Below, one piece after another: positions 52,701 to 63,557 of a DNA stretch of 64,000 nt. The DNA comes from Marsupella aquatica. Taxonomy: Eukaryota; Plantae; Marchantiophyta. The notes under the pieces were generated by a model, which searched no databases, was not told where the DNA came from, and saw only the letters and a list, made by a program, of their open reading frames with translations. Made by a program: the position numbers and the translations under genes. The stretch covers positions 7,216,963 through 7,280,962 of the forward strand of contig OZ316893.1 of NCBI GenBank assembly GCA_973895155.1. The letters run 5' to 3'. Numbering within the stretch: the stretch's first letter is position 1; each line of letters begins with the position of its first letter.

Positions 52701-54376
52701 AGATGCTCGAACAGACTTATGCCAAGATGAACCAGATGGAGTCTGTCATCATTGCAGAGCTCGACAAGGAGCTAAGAGCAACCCAGGAGGAGAGGGCTAC
52801 CTTGAAGAAGGAATTGGAGGAAGCCCACAGGGAGCAGGAGGAGGCCAAAAACGAGCTGGAGGGGGCACGTAAGGACCTGGATGAAACCCAAGAGGAGTTG
52901 GAGGAAATCACGAGGAAGATGGAGAACCTACAGCGGCGGGCCGACAACCAAACAGAGCGGCTGAAGAAACAAGCCGCAGTATTTAAATGCTTAGCTGCAG
53001 CAGGTCCATCTCCCGTTGGGACAAACCAGTTACCAGGGGTGGTAATTGCCGAAGGACAAGCCGCGTCAACTGCACCAGTGCCGGAAGTAAGTGGGAAGGG
53101 GAAGGGACCAGCTGCCAAGCCACCAACGAAGAAGAAGCGGAAACCTCCAGGGTCAAGGAGTAATACGACTTCACAGGCCGTGGTGATCAAGGAGGTAGAC
53201 CCAGCACCGACCCCAGACAGGGTCACAGCTAAGGATCCAACTACCCTAGGGGAAGGGGAGGCCGAAGCCGAGGGAGTGGCTGAGGCCGAAGCCGTGGGTA
53301 TTGCCGAGGCCGGTGTCGAGGCTGAAGCCGAAGGTGGACCCAGTCAGGCCGATGGAGAGTTGACTCGGTCAAGGGCAGGTAATCTGTCAGTAGGCGGGCC
53401 AACGGCAGTGGCTGAGGAGGAAGTGTTGGGGGCGTCCATTGAGGATCCACCACCGGTGTCATGACGGTGCAAGGGCGCCGTTCCTTTTAGGGAGGGCGGA
53501 CGTGGAGGGAGGAGGCGTGAGTGGGCAGGGCGGGCGCGGATCTCCACGTTTAGGATTAGGATCAGAACCAGGAGCGGCCCTGACACTTAGCTTAGTGGGA
53601 TTGCGGTCCCACTGGTAGGAGCAACACTTGTGCTCCTGCCTTGCTGTACATAGGTAGATTCGGGCAAGTAGATTACTGTTAAGTAGATTAGGCTTACGAT
53701 GCAAAGAATGGCGGATCCACTACCAGGATAAGTACCTGGGCAGCGGGGAGCTCAGGGCCTCTTCTTTAGCAAGTTCTTAGTTTGCACCAGCCGGGCTGGG
53801 ATCAAGTAGTACGAGAAGCTCTCGGTTAGTCATACAGTGACCCTTGTGTATATTCATGTTTCCTTATGCCTAAGAGCTGAATAGAGTTGGCCTCACGGCT
53901 TAGTTCGCAGAACTTGTGTATGAGATGTACTGTTTGTATGGCAAGTGCATGGTATGACTCAGTCAGAATGAGTCATTTTGCTATTTGTGTGTCGCATTAA
54001 CTTGTGTGAAGAGTGTCCACATCAACAGAAGGAAGGAAAGTAAGCAGGGGAGTGAGAGTTGGATGTGTCGAGCTGAGAGAGGTCTTAGCGGCTTAACCAA
54101 GCCTATTGGGGATCATTCCGGCGGCGGAATCCAAACATACCTAACAGGAAGACAGGGGAAGACAGGGGAAGGCCTATATTAGGCCGGCTACGTATCTCAT
54201 GACCCGATGAAGGATCTGTCCAGTATATGTGTGTAAAATGTTAATAGTAGTAGTAGAAGGTTAGCAGCGTCCCATGCCGCTAAGCCGCGGAAACGGCCTC
54301 GCCAAGCACGAAACCTGCGGGAATCGGCTTGAGCTGGGGGGTTTCTTGGGTTTAGGGAGCCATGGGACGCACCACA
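49750..54376 (+). mobile_element. Giant solo-LTR-like unit E4 (4627 bp) containing a ~1200-codon gene
   Basis: TGTGATGCC at 49750 to GCACCACA at 54376, with a perfect TSD AGGTT at 49745-49749 and 54377-54381. Confidence 0.85.
49865..53464 (+). CDS. LTR-borne gene of E4 (FW domain, PMD-like core, long coiled coil), one internal TAG at 51428
   Basis: ORFs 49826-51430 and 51497-53464 share a frame and the gap is open. Core sequence GLEAFVRLPW...LLEFVGSWEPETNCTRIYGKDFYLTPKVIAEVFGLPMG...KNGF...CTNP. The start codon is uncertain. Confidence 0.75.
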
Positions 54377-54502
54377 AGGTTTTCCTAGGTACAGACTATA
54401 CACTAAAGAAGTATGACAGGTTCCAAAGCTCTAGAACGCATTTCTAAAAATCAGATAAGATGCACTACTCTAAAAACTAACTAAAAACACTTAAAGACTT
54501 CT

Positions 54503-56914
54503 TCAAGCTTGCTGTCGGATGTCGTCTGGTTCCAGCAACTCCACAAGGGTAACAATTTGGTTCTGAGTAACCTCCATCAGTTCAGCTTGGCGTGGGGATC
54601 CTCTGGAGTATGGTAGGCACCTCAGTTGTCTCTCAGGATACATCAAAGGCATCCTCTTCATCAAATAACATGAATCTATACGAAGAGCTTCTCTGTACAT
54701 CCCGATCACATCATAGTTGTTGCAGGTAGCAGCATACACTTGGGGATAATGATACAGGAATTCATCAGAGTTCAGCATCCTGGAATAGAAAGGTCGAAGT
54801 CTCCATCTGACATCTCTGAAGTATCGGTTGAATTCAGCTAGAGTCTGAGAAGTGACATTATTCTAGATCCTCTATTTCTCAGCCAATGTACTGGTTGAAA
54901 CAAGGGTAACCTTGGGTCCTTGTGGTATGTAATCGTGTTGTAGAGCAGTAGACTTCTTGCTCTGCATCAGGAAGGAAACCACAAAATCCAAGGCATAGGC
55001 TGCAAAGTTTCCAAAGTATGCCAGAACTAAGTCTGAATCCTCTACCTCTACATCACCTTGGAGTAGCATCATAGCAAGAATAGGCCGAAAGTATATTGAG
55101 TCAATCCAGAACTCATCAAATTGTGCCATTTCCACTCTAGAAGTACCAAGACACCTAAGATCGAAGATGTAGCTTGCCTCAGTCTTCTTTAGATAGTAGT
55201 ATCTCCAGAACTCTCCAACCGGTGGTCTATTGGCCTGCATTATTTTGCAAGTGGTGGCATACCTGTGCACTTCTGACTCAGGACGTCTAGGGTACCTGCT
55301 TTCGATAGTAGCATTCCTGGGGGTTTGGGTGGACGAGGTGACCACTGCCACTAAATTTGGTTTTGATTATAGAGCTACATCAACATTCTCAAATCCTTGC
55401 CTTGGGGATGACCCAAGAGAATTTTCATAAGATCTATAAGTGTCACCATCTGAGGGCGGATCAGAGTCTTCAGGAAGATCCTTTCGAACATAAGGATGCT
55501 CATACTGTGACTGATGGTAGGGCGGTCCTTCAGTGGGTTCATAGCTGGAGTCAGGACTGTAAGGGGGAAAACATGGACTAGGAGAAGGGGTAGCAGTGGG
55601 ACATCGCTGCACCAGGTTGCCAACTACAGAGACTATCTGCCGAGGATCACACTGCAATATCTCCAGTAGATCATCCACAATAGCTGCACAGCTAATATTG
55701 TCTGTTAATGGAACAAGGTCACCTGATTGAAAGGGGGTCTGTTGAGCAGCAGGGGTGAGAGTCACATATTCCACTGGTGTTGACTCTCCTGGAGGAGAGG
55801 TCATCCTGATAGGGCTTAACTGGTCAGGGAATGGTGACTTCAAACTGACAGCTTCCATTCTTAAATCATTGACAGCATCGAAAAGACCATCATCATTGCA
55901 ACTAAGAAGAGATGTCAACTTATCAATGAGTTGTTGATTCGCTTCTGCTTTTGGAGGTGTGGAGGAGTGGGTCCTTAGGTTGACAGTTGCAAGAGCCAGT
56001 TCAGCAACATCGGCTGATTGCTCAGGAGAATCTCTGTCTTCTCCAGCTCCAGGTTGATCTCTCATATTAACTCTTGGTGAATACACCACGTTATGCAGAG
56101 GGTGTCGAACCAGCTCTAGGTTATGAGCAGGTGTCCTATCTAATTCCATCTCAGCATCCACATTCTGATCATGAGAATCCAGGGGAACAGTATCCACTGG
56201 TTCTTCCATACTTAGGTCTTCTTCAATGCTCAACTCAATCAGGAGTAGCCCTCTTTCCGTTTTCTCCTCTGGATATAAACAATCATAAGCATGATAGAGT
56301 TGAGACAAATAAATCTGCAGATGAGTGGGTCTACCTGCCTTCATGGTCCTCACCTGATCCTTCATCATATTGAAAATTAGCAGGGCCCAATTCACCTGGA
56401 CAGATCCACTGTGTGTGGCTACAATTGTATTCACCAAAGCCACTGGACAGATGGTTGGCTTCTTCGGGTGTAAAATGGGTACTAGAAATTCCAGAAGCAC
56501 TCTCAAATCTGGATAAATACACTGTGTTAAATTCCAGCCATTGGTGAGATTGCAAGTCCCAGAGAAGTAAGGTGTAGATAAATCTTTCTTCTTCGAATAC
56601 AATCCTTCTCCTTCTGAAGGGCAGCGGAAGGCATAAGCAATTTGTTCCACAGTCCATAAGCTGGGTTGAGCTCGAATAGTCCGTCGAAATTCAGGAGCAA
56701 GCACTAACCCCTTTACAAAATCCTGCAAATATGTGTCAAGCTCTACTTCCCAAGGAACGGCAAGTAGATGCTGCAAACCTAGCTGCTGTAAGGAAGTCCG
56801 TAAATTTGCATAGCTATCGGGCGCTGGTGGAATTCGGGCGACTATGCTCTTAGGAATTGCCAGAGTGTCAACTCGGTACTGTTCATCAATGCCGAGGTTC
56901 GCCATAGCGCTCAT
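54503..56914 (-). pseudogene. LTR-borne gene of E2 (~803 codons, three in-frame stops)
   Basis: ORFs 55367-56914, 54872-55351 and 54503-54778 share one frame. Core sequence LGLQHLLAVPW...WTVEQIAYAFRCP...TNGWNLTQC...LEFLVPILHPKKP...VNWALLIF. Confidence 0.78.
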
Positions 56915-57077
56915 CCGTTATGTTGAGTGCGCTAAGGAGTGGGGAAGCTGGTAGAATCAACAGAGGTGGCAGGAATTAAGTCAAGAGTGAGCGCCCGAAG
57001 TCTAATTTGCCTTTTCTTCAATTTGCGTTCACCATCCCGTTGGAAGTAGCCGTAAGACGTCACGATCATTGATCGCC

Positions 57078-57245
57078 AACTCGTAAGGCACAACTCGTAA
57101 AGCCCTAACTAGTAAGTCGTAACTAGCATACTCGTAACTAGTACTATCGCAACCCGTAACTTGTAACTAGTAACTAGTAACTAGTAACTAGTAAACTCGT
57201 AATAGGAGTTTACTCGTAAGCTTACTTTAACTTGGGAACCGTAAC
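57078..57245 (-). repeat. TTACGAGT/TTACTAGT motif array near the 5' end of the E2 LTR
   Basis: aactcgtaa / (aactagt)n array, also present in the copy at about 63695-63830. Confidence 0.8.
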
Positions 57246-57358
57246 TTGTAGATAGAATGCTATCTCCGTTCTGTTATCAACAATTAGAGGTTAAACCCCA
57301 TAAAAAAATTTAAAAAATTTCAGTTTCTTCATGATTTTGGAAATACCCACTACTTACA

Positions 57359-59635
57359 GGGCCGATCCTTTGCAGTGCACCAGTTCTTTAGTCCACACGC
57401 CAGCTTTGACCCCGGCTCTCTCGCTTTTTCCTTAGTCACCTGCTATCTCCTCTAAATGTCGCACACGATCCTTTCTAGTTTGGCCATACGATTCTGGACT
57501 CAGTTCCTGTCTATCGGAGGGCACTTGGCCGACTCATTGAAACACGCCAACCCGCGCCGATACGAGATCGAACGCGAATACAAGAGAGCCATCCGCCTAG
57601 CAGGACGACACCACTATCTTCTTAACTTTGATTACCCGTCCTAGAGCAAGCTTTACCGACCCGAAGAAGTATCAGGGTACTTCTTTGACGGAGGCAAATA
57701 CATCGGCTTCTGGGAGACATTGCTTTGGCTTCCGGACAAGATCTTCAATATCCCGGGTTGTAGCGGCACCACTTCAACCACATCCCCACTCGGGTCCGGG
57801 CTATCATCAACAGCGAGTTCAACACTGCCCGGTTGACAGGGCCGTCTTCACTTGCTTCGGAAAACCTCCACCAGCACCTGCAGAACTTCATGGCAACTCT
57901 ACCATCAACAACCAGTGCCGGCCAACCCATGCCCGTACCCGCATCTACACCTCCTCGGCCTCAACCGAGCCAGTCCCCGCCACCGGTTCCACCACCTCTC
58001 CGAGTACGATCCGTGGTGAATGCGGTAAATATTAGCTCCGAAGACGAGGAGGCTCACCCTCCTCTGAATCAACGGCCGCGAGGTATGACTCAACGAGCGC
58101 CAAACAACCCAGCACCACTCCACCAAGCCCAAGGGGATAACACGGTAACTCTAGCGGTCCCGGCACCAATACTCACGGCAGTCGCGCTACCACCACCTGA
58201 CCGAGAGGAAGGAGAGGTGTCCCCCTCTTCTAGTCACCCCGGGAATCAGTCTCGGGGTAGGAAGAGGAAGGAGCCCGCAGCCGTATCCGGGTTGCCTTTG
58301 GCCACGGTTGCGATAGCCAAGCTGACCATGCATCGCATGGGGGACAATGTTCACAAGAACATCCTCCACCCCAAGCATGCATGTTGTCTAAAGACCCAAG
58401 GGTTTGAGCACCTCGCCTCTCTCCCTTGGAACTCAAGCAGGTACTACGGATAGGATATGTCGGAGTTCATTTAGAACTTTGACGAGGCCCGTCAACAAAC
58501 CCGAGCGCACGGGAGAGTGATGTGTCTCAATGAGGCACGTCTAAAGATGATTTTTGGTTTACCCGAGGGGATAAACCGAGTAGAGTCGCGGGCTCCTGGG
58601 GGAAAGGGAGCTAAATACCAGTCCTCTAGCTTCCCGGCCGAGGGGGTAGTGGACAATGGGTTCTTAATGAGGACGTGCCTCATCCCGGAGGTAGCAGAAC
58701 GGCTGGAGTTCCAGCGGTATGCCCTCCACATGATGGAACCCAGAGGAGAAATATCGGCCGCACAGGTCATCCAGGTGGAGAACTATCGGCCAAGGAAGTG
58801 GGCATCCTTCTTTGTCAAGAAGTTCCACGAGGAGATGGAGCGGAGAAGAAAGACTTTGTACCTTGGTGGAAGGGTGTACTTTGCTAGCCACATCGAAATC
58901 ATCATCGAGTGGTACGCTCATTTCGACCGCCAGAGCCTCCCGCGTCTCAACGAGCCCGAGCTGACCCCGCCAAAATGGGTGTTCCCAGCCCAGGTGAGGC
59001 GACCGCAACCCGAAGCCCAAAGTCTGGCAGCTACAAGCCCTGCTACCCCGGCCCTGCAACCCGCCGCTGCCGCCCCGCCAGGCATACCCATTGACATTAT
59101 CGCGACCTTAGACGCAATCAATTGGGACAATGCAATCGAAGTCGGGTCGGATGAAGCCATACCCGAAGCAGATGCCACGGTAGCCGAGGAGATTCCACCA
59201 CCCCCCGCGGTTGTGTAGGAGAACCGCCCACCTCCAGTGGAAGTAGCCCCTTTGACCAACTTACCTCAAGGGCTGGATGTGTCCACTCCTACTCCCGCAC
59301 GGGTTGGAGTCTGCCCGTGCCCGAATCCAAATTGACACAGTCTAGACCATCCAGAACTCTTTGCACCGGGCACATTTCTGAATGGGTTGTTGGGAGATTT
59401 CTTGCAACAGATCTCTCGGGACACTGGGGAATACATGGCCCGGAGGGTGGCCTACTTCTTCAACCAGGAGTTGGTTGCGGCTGTAAGGGCAGGACATGCG
59501 CAGGCAGAGACAGCGCAGAGAAAAGAGCGATATCGGGTTGAGTCTGCCTACCTGAAGGACGAAGTGGCAACCCTGGAGGCTGAACTCCAGCAACTACGGC
59601 CTCAGGTAACGGCCACGGAGGACCAGGTTGCATAG
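57359..59635 (+). mobile_element. Continuation of giant LTR-like unit E3
   Basis: GC-rich sequence carrying a homolog of the E1 gene, cut at 59636 by another TG-starting insertion. Confidence 0.65.
57456..59635 (+). pseudogene. LTR-borne gene of E3 (E1/E4 family), multiple lesions
   Basis: RFWTQF N-terminus. GFEHLASLPW...RLKMIFGLPEG...DNGF...ERLEFQRYALHMMEPRGEIS...WASFF...GGRVYFASHI aligns by eye with the E1 protein. Confidence 0.75.
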
Positions 59636-61542
59636 TGTAGAGTAGGGTTTAAGGAAATATGAACTACTTTCCTCTTAAACAACCAGAGTTTGTTCCCGTT
59701 AAGAGCTTGTGAGACCTAAAAGATTGTATTAACATACTTTGAGATAGTTAAGCTAACCTATCTCAGATTTCAAGCCTTTACCGACATGCTTAGGTCAGGT
59801 GGAAGGAGCTTTTAATACATCCTCAGGTATTGTGATGTTTGCATCATCAACAGTGCAATAATCAATTCTAAAAATATAAGAAAACAACCAAAAGCCGGAG
59901 GCGTAAAGATAGGATTAGGCGAGCCTTAAATGTCTCATCTCCTCTCGCCACTTAGCAATCTATGACTAAGTTAGGCACGATTAAGAGTCAACAGAGAGTC
60001 TGACTAAATTAGGCTGATGCCTAAAGCTAATCCTTAAAGCCAACCATCTAAGAATTTTATAAAAGATACATGGAAGTAAGCCCGTATTAATTTTATGGCC
60101 AAGTCAAAGCAAGGTGGTACTCATCACTCCGAACAAGCTTCCTCTTCTATTCAATCCTTCAGATTGCTCTTTTAGGTCTACGCAATTTGTGAGTTCTCGT
60201 ATGGTGCATCTTCCACTAATACTTAATAAACCATAAGTATTCCCTAGTCAACATGAATCTTTAGACCTTTGCATGATCTCAGACATGCATTTTCAGTCAA
60301 CCTAAAGGTTAACTATGACATTGCTAGTCACTTTACATAGATTTTCTAGCAAGAATGGTCACACACTAATGTCCAAACACAAAGCATAGATCACCAAAAT
60401 TATGAATCTATTACTTCTCTTCAAAGAAGGAGACTTTCAAAAGTGAAATGCAAGTCTGAGTAAAATGGTGGAAACTTTCCCTCTTATACTTAGGGACAAG
60501 TCTCCTCTAAACAAAAGTTGAAGAGGTATGCCTCTTCAATTCCTAATCCTAAGTGTAAGAGTAAAAAGTAATGCTAAAGTCTGAAACTAGACTATGAGAT
60601 AAAGTGCTCAGCAAAAATTCAAAGTCTAATTCTTCCTATACTAAGTTTTATAGGGCTTCAAACACGAAACCGGATCAAAAACCGAGTGGGAAACCGAATG
60701 AGAAGCCGGTTCAACTTCCGGATGGAATAACTTTTTACTCTTCAGGAGTTGAAGTGTCAGGCTTCACCGATGTGGAGTCTACTGTTGGGTCAATGGAGTT
60801 GAGAGGGTTTGGCATGAAAGTGACACCTCCAAAGGTAGTAGTAAATGGGAGGCAGGTAGTACATTTCTTGGTTTCAAAGTGAAAAGTTTCCAAAAATGAG
60901 ATCTTGAGATGGTGTCCATTGGTGTAGGTAAAATGTAGGAGTGCTAGAGTAATAAGAATTTGACTATCGAGTCTCCCCATCTTCCAATGAATGGGTATAT
61001 CTTTTCATAGTATCCTTTCATATTTATCCAGCCATTTTGATTGGGTAAGGTCCATAGCCATGGATCATGCTTCCTATTGGTCCAAAGTCAGACATCTTAA
61101 AGGTCTAATGGTGTGGAAACAACGCTTCAAAATCTTCATTCCATTATTTGTCCGGAAATTTTGGATATCTCTTGGTTGCACCGGTTGGAGACTCATAATA
61201 TTAAGTGGGTCATTTCGAATCCATTTTCAGACTTCTTTATATATATCTTAACCGCCTCGGAAAGAGCTTTCCAACACACTTACAGATCTTGATTTGGATA
61301 AATGGTTTGAGAGTTATGGTAGTTTTTCTACCGGGTGGTATGTCCAAACCGGATCAAAAACCGGCTCAAAAACCGGATGGAAACCGGTTCAAATTCCGGA
61401 TGGAATAACTTCTCAATTTCCATCACTTAGTTGGTGTAATTTTTCCCATGAACTAATGGAAGGTGGGGCAACATAACCTTGATAAAAGATTAAGCTACTT
61501 GTTGCTAAAATGCACTGATTAATTCACCTTAGAATTAGTCAT
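59636..61542 (-). mobile_element. AT-rich LTR segment E5 (probably the 3' end of an Athila-like LTR)
   Basis: Abrupt TGTAGAG start with gttcccgt about 55-60 nt inside, as at the 48604 end of the E2 LTR. Internal ~65-bp repeat aaaccggatcaaaaaccg...ttccggatggaataactt at about 60667 and 61346. Confidence 0.5.
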
Positions 61543-63557
61543 TGTGACACGGGTAACATGTCATTTAACCGAACCCAGGTCGTAGATTAGGTCTTATACG
61601 GACGTTAGGACCGTAGCCGTAGCGTAGAATAGCACGTATAGCCGTCCGTTGCCATTATGAATAGATTAGGAGTAGGTTAAGATGACCAAATAATTACGAG
61701 TTCAGGAAGAGGATTATTACGCACGACCGAGGTACGGTGGTGGCAGCGGAGTAAAAATCAGTTAGAAGTCACGCTATGGAGCATCAGTTGGAGCAGTTTG
61801 CTCACTTGCTATGGAGGCCGTGCGCCGCCGGGCCGAAGGAGATTTGTGAGTTCATCTCCAATTTCGACACTGATGCCTCGACCACCAAGGTTTCGGGGTA
61901 GGCCTTATCACTCACGAAGCATCGGTTAACACAAATCTTTTGTCTGCCAACCGGGCCGGTGCCGGTTGAACTCCGAATTCGGGATAAGGAGTATACGCCG
62001 CGGCACTTCAAACCCGAGAGTAAGACGGAAAACGGATACAAGCAGGGGTCGTGCACCAACTTAATCTGCATAGAGCGTCTTAACTTCATACGGACCACCC
62101 TACACATGATTGAGCCACGATCCGAGATTTCCCTCTGCACGATCGTGCAGGTGGAACAGTACAAATGGCGGAACTAGGCCCAATTCTTCTACCAAAGATT
62201 CTCAGGGGAGCTGAAGCGGGCTCAGGGTGGTATGGCTATTGGGGGGAAGACATACTTGGGAAGCCATATCGTCATTATCCTCGCCTGGTACAAGGCACGG
62301 CGGGAGGCCAGAGGAAAGAATATGGCCACCTCAGCCCCGACTAATATCACCCCCGCCCCAGAGGAGGCAACCCCGAGCGCGCGGACTACCATCGCTCGGG
62401 CAAACCCCGAGCCGGAAGCCCCGACTAATATTCCGCCACCCGGAAGCCCCGACTAATATTCCGCCACCTCCTCCTGTGGAAATTCCGCCGCCCCCTTCCG
62501 TCGAGCCTCCGCTACCCGCAGTACAACCACCCCCAATCCCTCCACCACCTGAAGAAACCTTCCCCTCCCCAGCGCAGACTACGGAGGAGCTCGTTGCCCC
62601 GCCCGAGGAACCACCGAGACCCGAAAGGATGGAGGACTACCAAGTAGCCCCGGGGACCATGGCCTACGATCTGGTCCAGAAGTTTAGCCAGACTATGTTT
62701 GGGGAGCTGGCGACGTACATCGGACAACAAGTCTCGGCGTACTTTCAACCGGCCTTCTTCATGTTAGAGCACCAACCACAGATCGTCAGCCGCTTGGAAG
62801 AAGAACTCATGGCGAAGGGGAATGAGATTGGGCGCCTCCAGATGCTGATAGAGCACCTCGAGGAGGAAGCCACTACCCGCCGCGAGGAGTTAGTCCGCAC
62901 CGTCGAACAAAGGGATGGACTAACCCAGGAGTTAAGCGAAGATCAAGCAGATCTCAAGAAGCTGGATGACACCGTGCTTCAATTACGCTCAGAATCTTCG
63001 GCTTGGGTTACCAGCCTGACTGACCTCAACAAACAATTCCTGCAGGCAGCGCAGTAGGTGGCTAGTCTCTCCGCCAAGCGGGATAAATTGCTGGCGCAGG
63101 ACCAGATCCATCGCGACTCCATTAACCAGCTCAACCTGGAGGTAGCGCGGCTCCAGACCGAGGCCGATGAAGCTGCAAATGAGGTGGAGGAGGCGGTACG
63201 GGACAACAAGGCCTTGCAGGACCGTGTTACCCTGCTCGTCCTCCAGTGGGGAAAACCTGGGCCCACCTCTGATCAAGGTGGCTCGAGGTCTCGCCCTGAC
63301 AAGGGGACCAGCCCTGGTCCAACCACAGCACCCACGTAAGGGGTGGTTAGCGAAGGGTGGAAGCAGGCGCCACGCGAGGCAGTTAAGTCAACGGCATCTT
63401 TTGGTTAGGGGCAACGACAGAATGGCTGTCATTAGGCGCCGATTAGCGGCAGTAGGAAGAATTAGGGCCGGATCAGTTAGGATCAGCCAACGTAGGATGG
63501 AGTCCATCAACGGACTTGATTTTTGTCAGTAGGCTTGGCCGCTGCCATCCCGATCGG
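61543..63557 (+). mobile_element. Second copy of unit E1 (internally deleted, interrupted at 63558)
   Basis: TGTGACACGGGTAAC start. Collinear with the reverse complement of 46849-46610 and about 45530-43780. Confidence 0.88.
61780..63339 (+). pseudogene. Decayed copy of the E1 LTR-borne gene
   Basis: Near-identical peptides to ORF 44255-45520, with extra stops and a 28-bp duplication causing a frameshift at 62412-62467. Confidence 0.85.

Larger units (their letters stand above)
39416..57358 (-). mobile_element. Athila-like Ty3/Gypsy element E2, 3'-truncated, with two nested insertions
   Basis: 5' LTR from 57358 (TGTAAGTAG) to 48604 (...ACTACA), then PBS TGGCGCCGCTGCCGGGGA, an extra ORF, gag, protease and an RNase H fragment. 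No RT, integrase or 3' LTR was seen. Confidence 0.8.
48604..57358 (-). repeat. Giant 5' LTR of E2 (~4.1 kb after removing nested E4)
   Basis: The TG start at 57358 is confirmed by an independent copy starting cleanly at 63558. The CA end lies a few nt before the PBS. Confidence 0.78.

Noticed and set aside
51497-53464. Host myosin/SMC-like gene or viral envelope gene
   Set aside because: The resemblance is only generic coiled coil. It is intronless, lies within a TSD-flanked unit, and has no signal peptide or clear TM helix.
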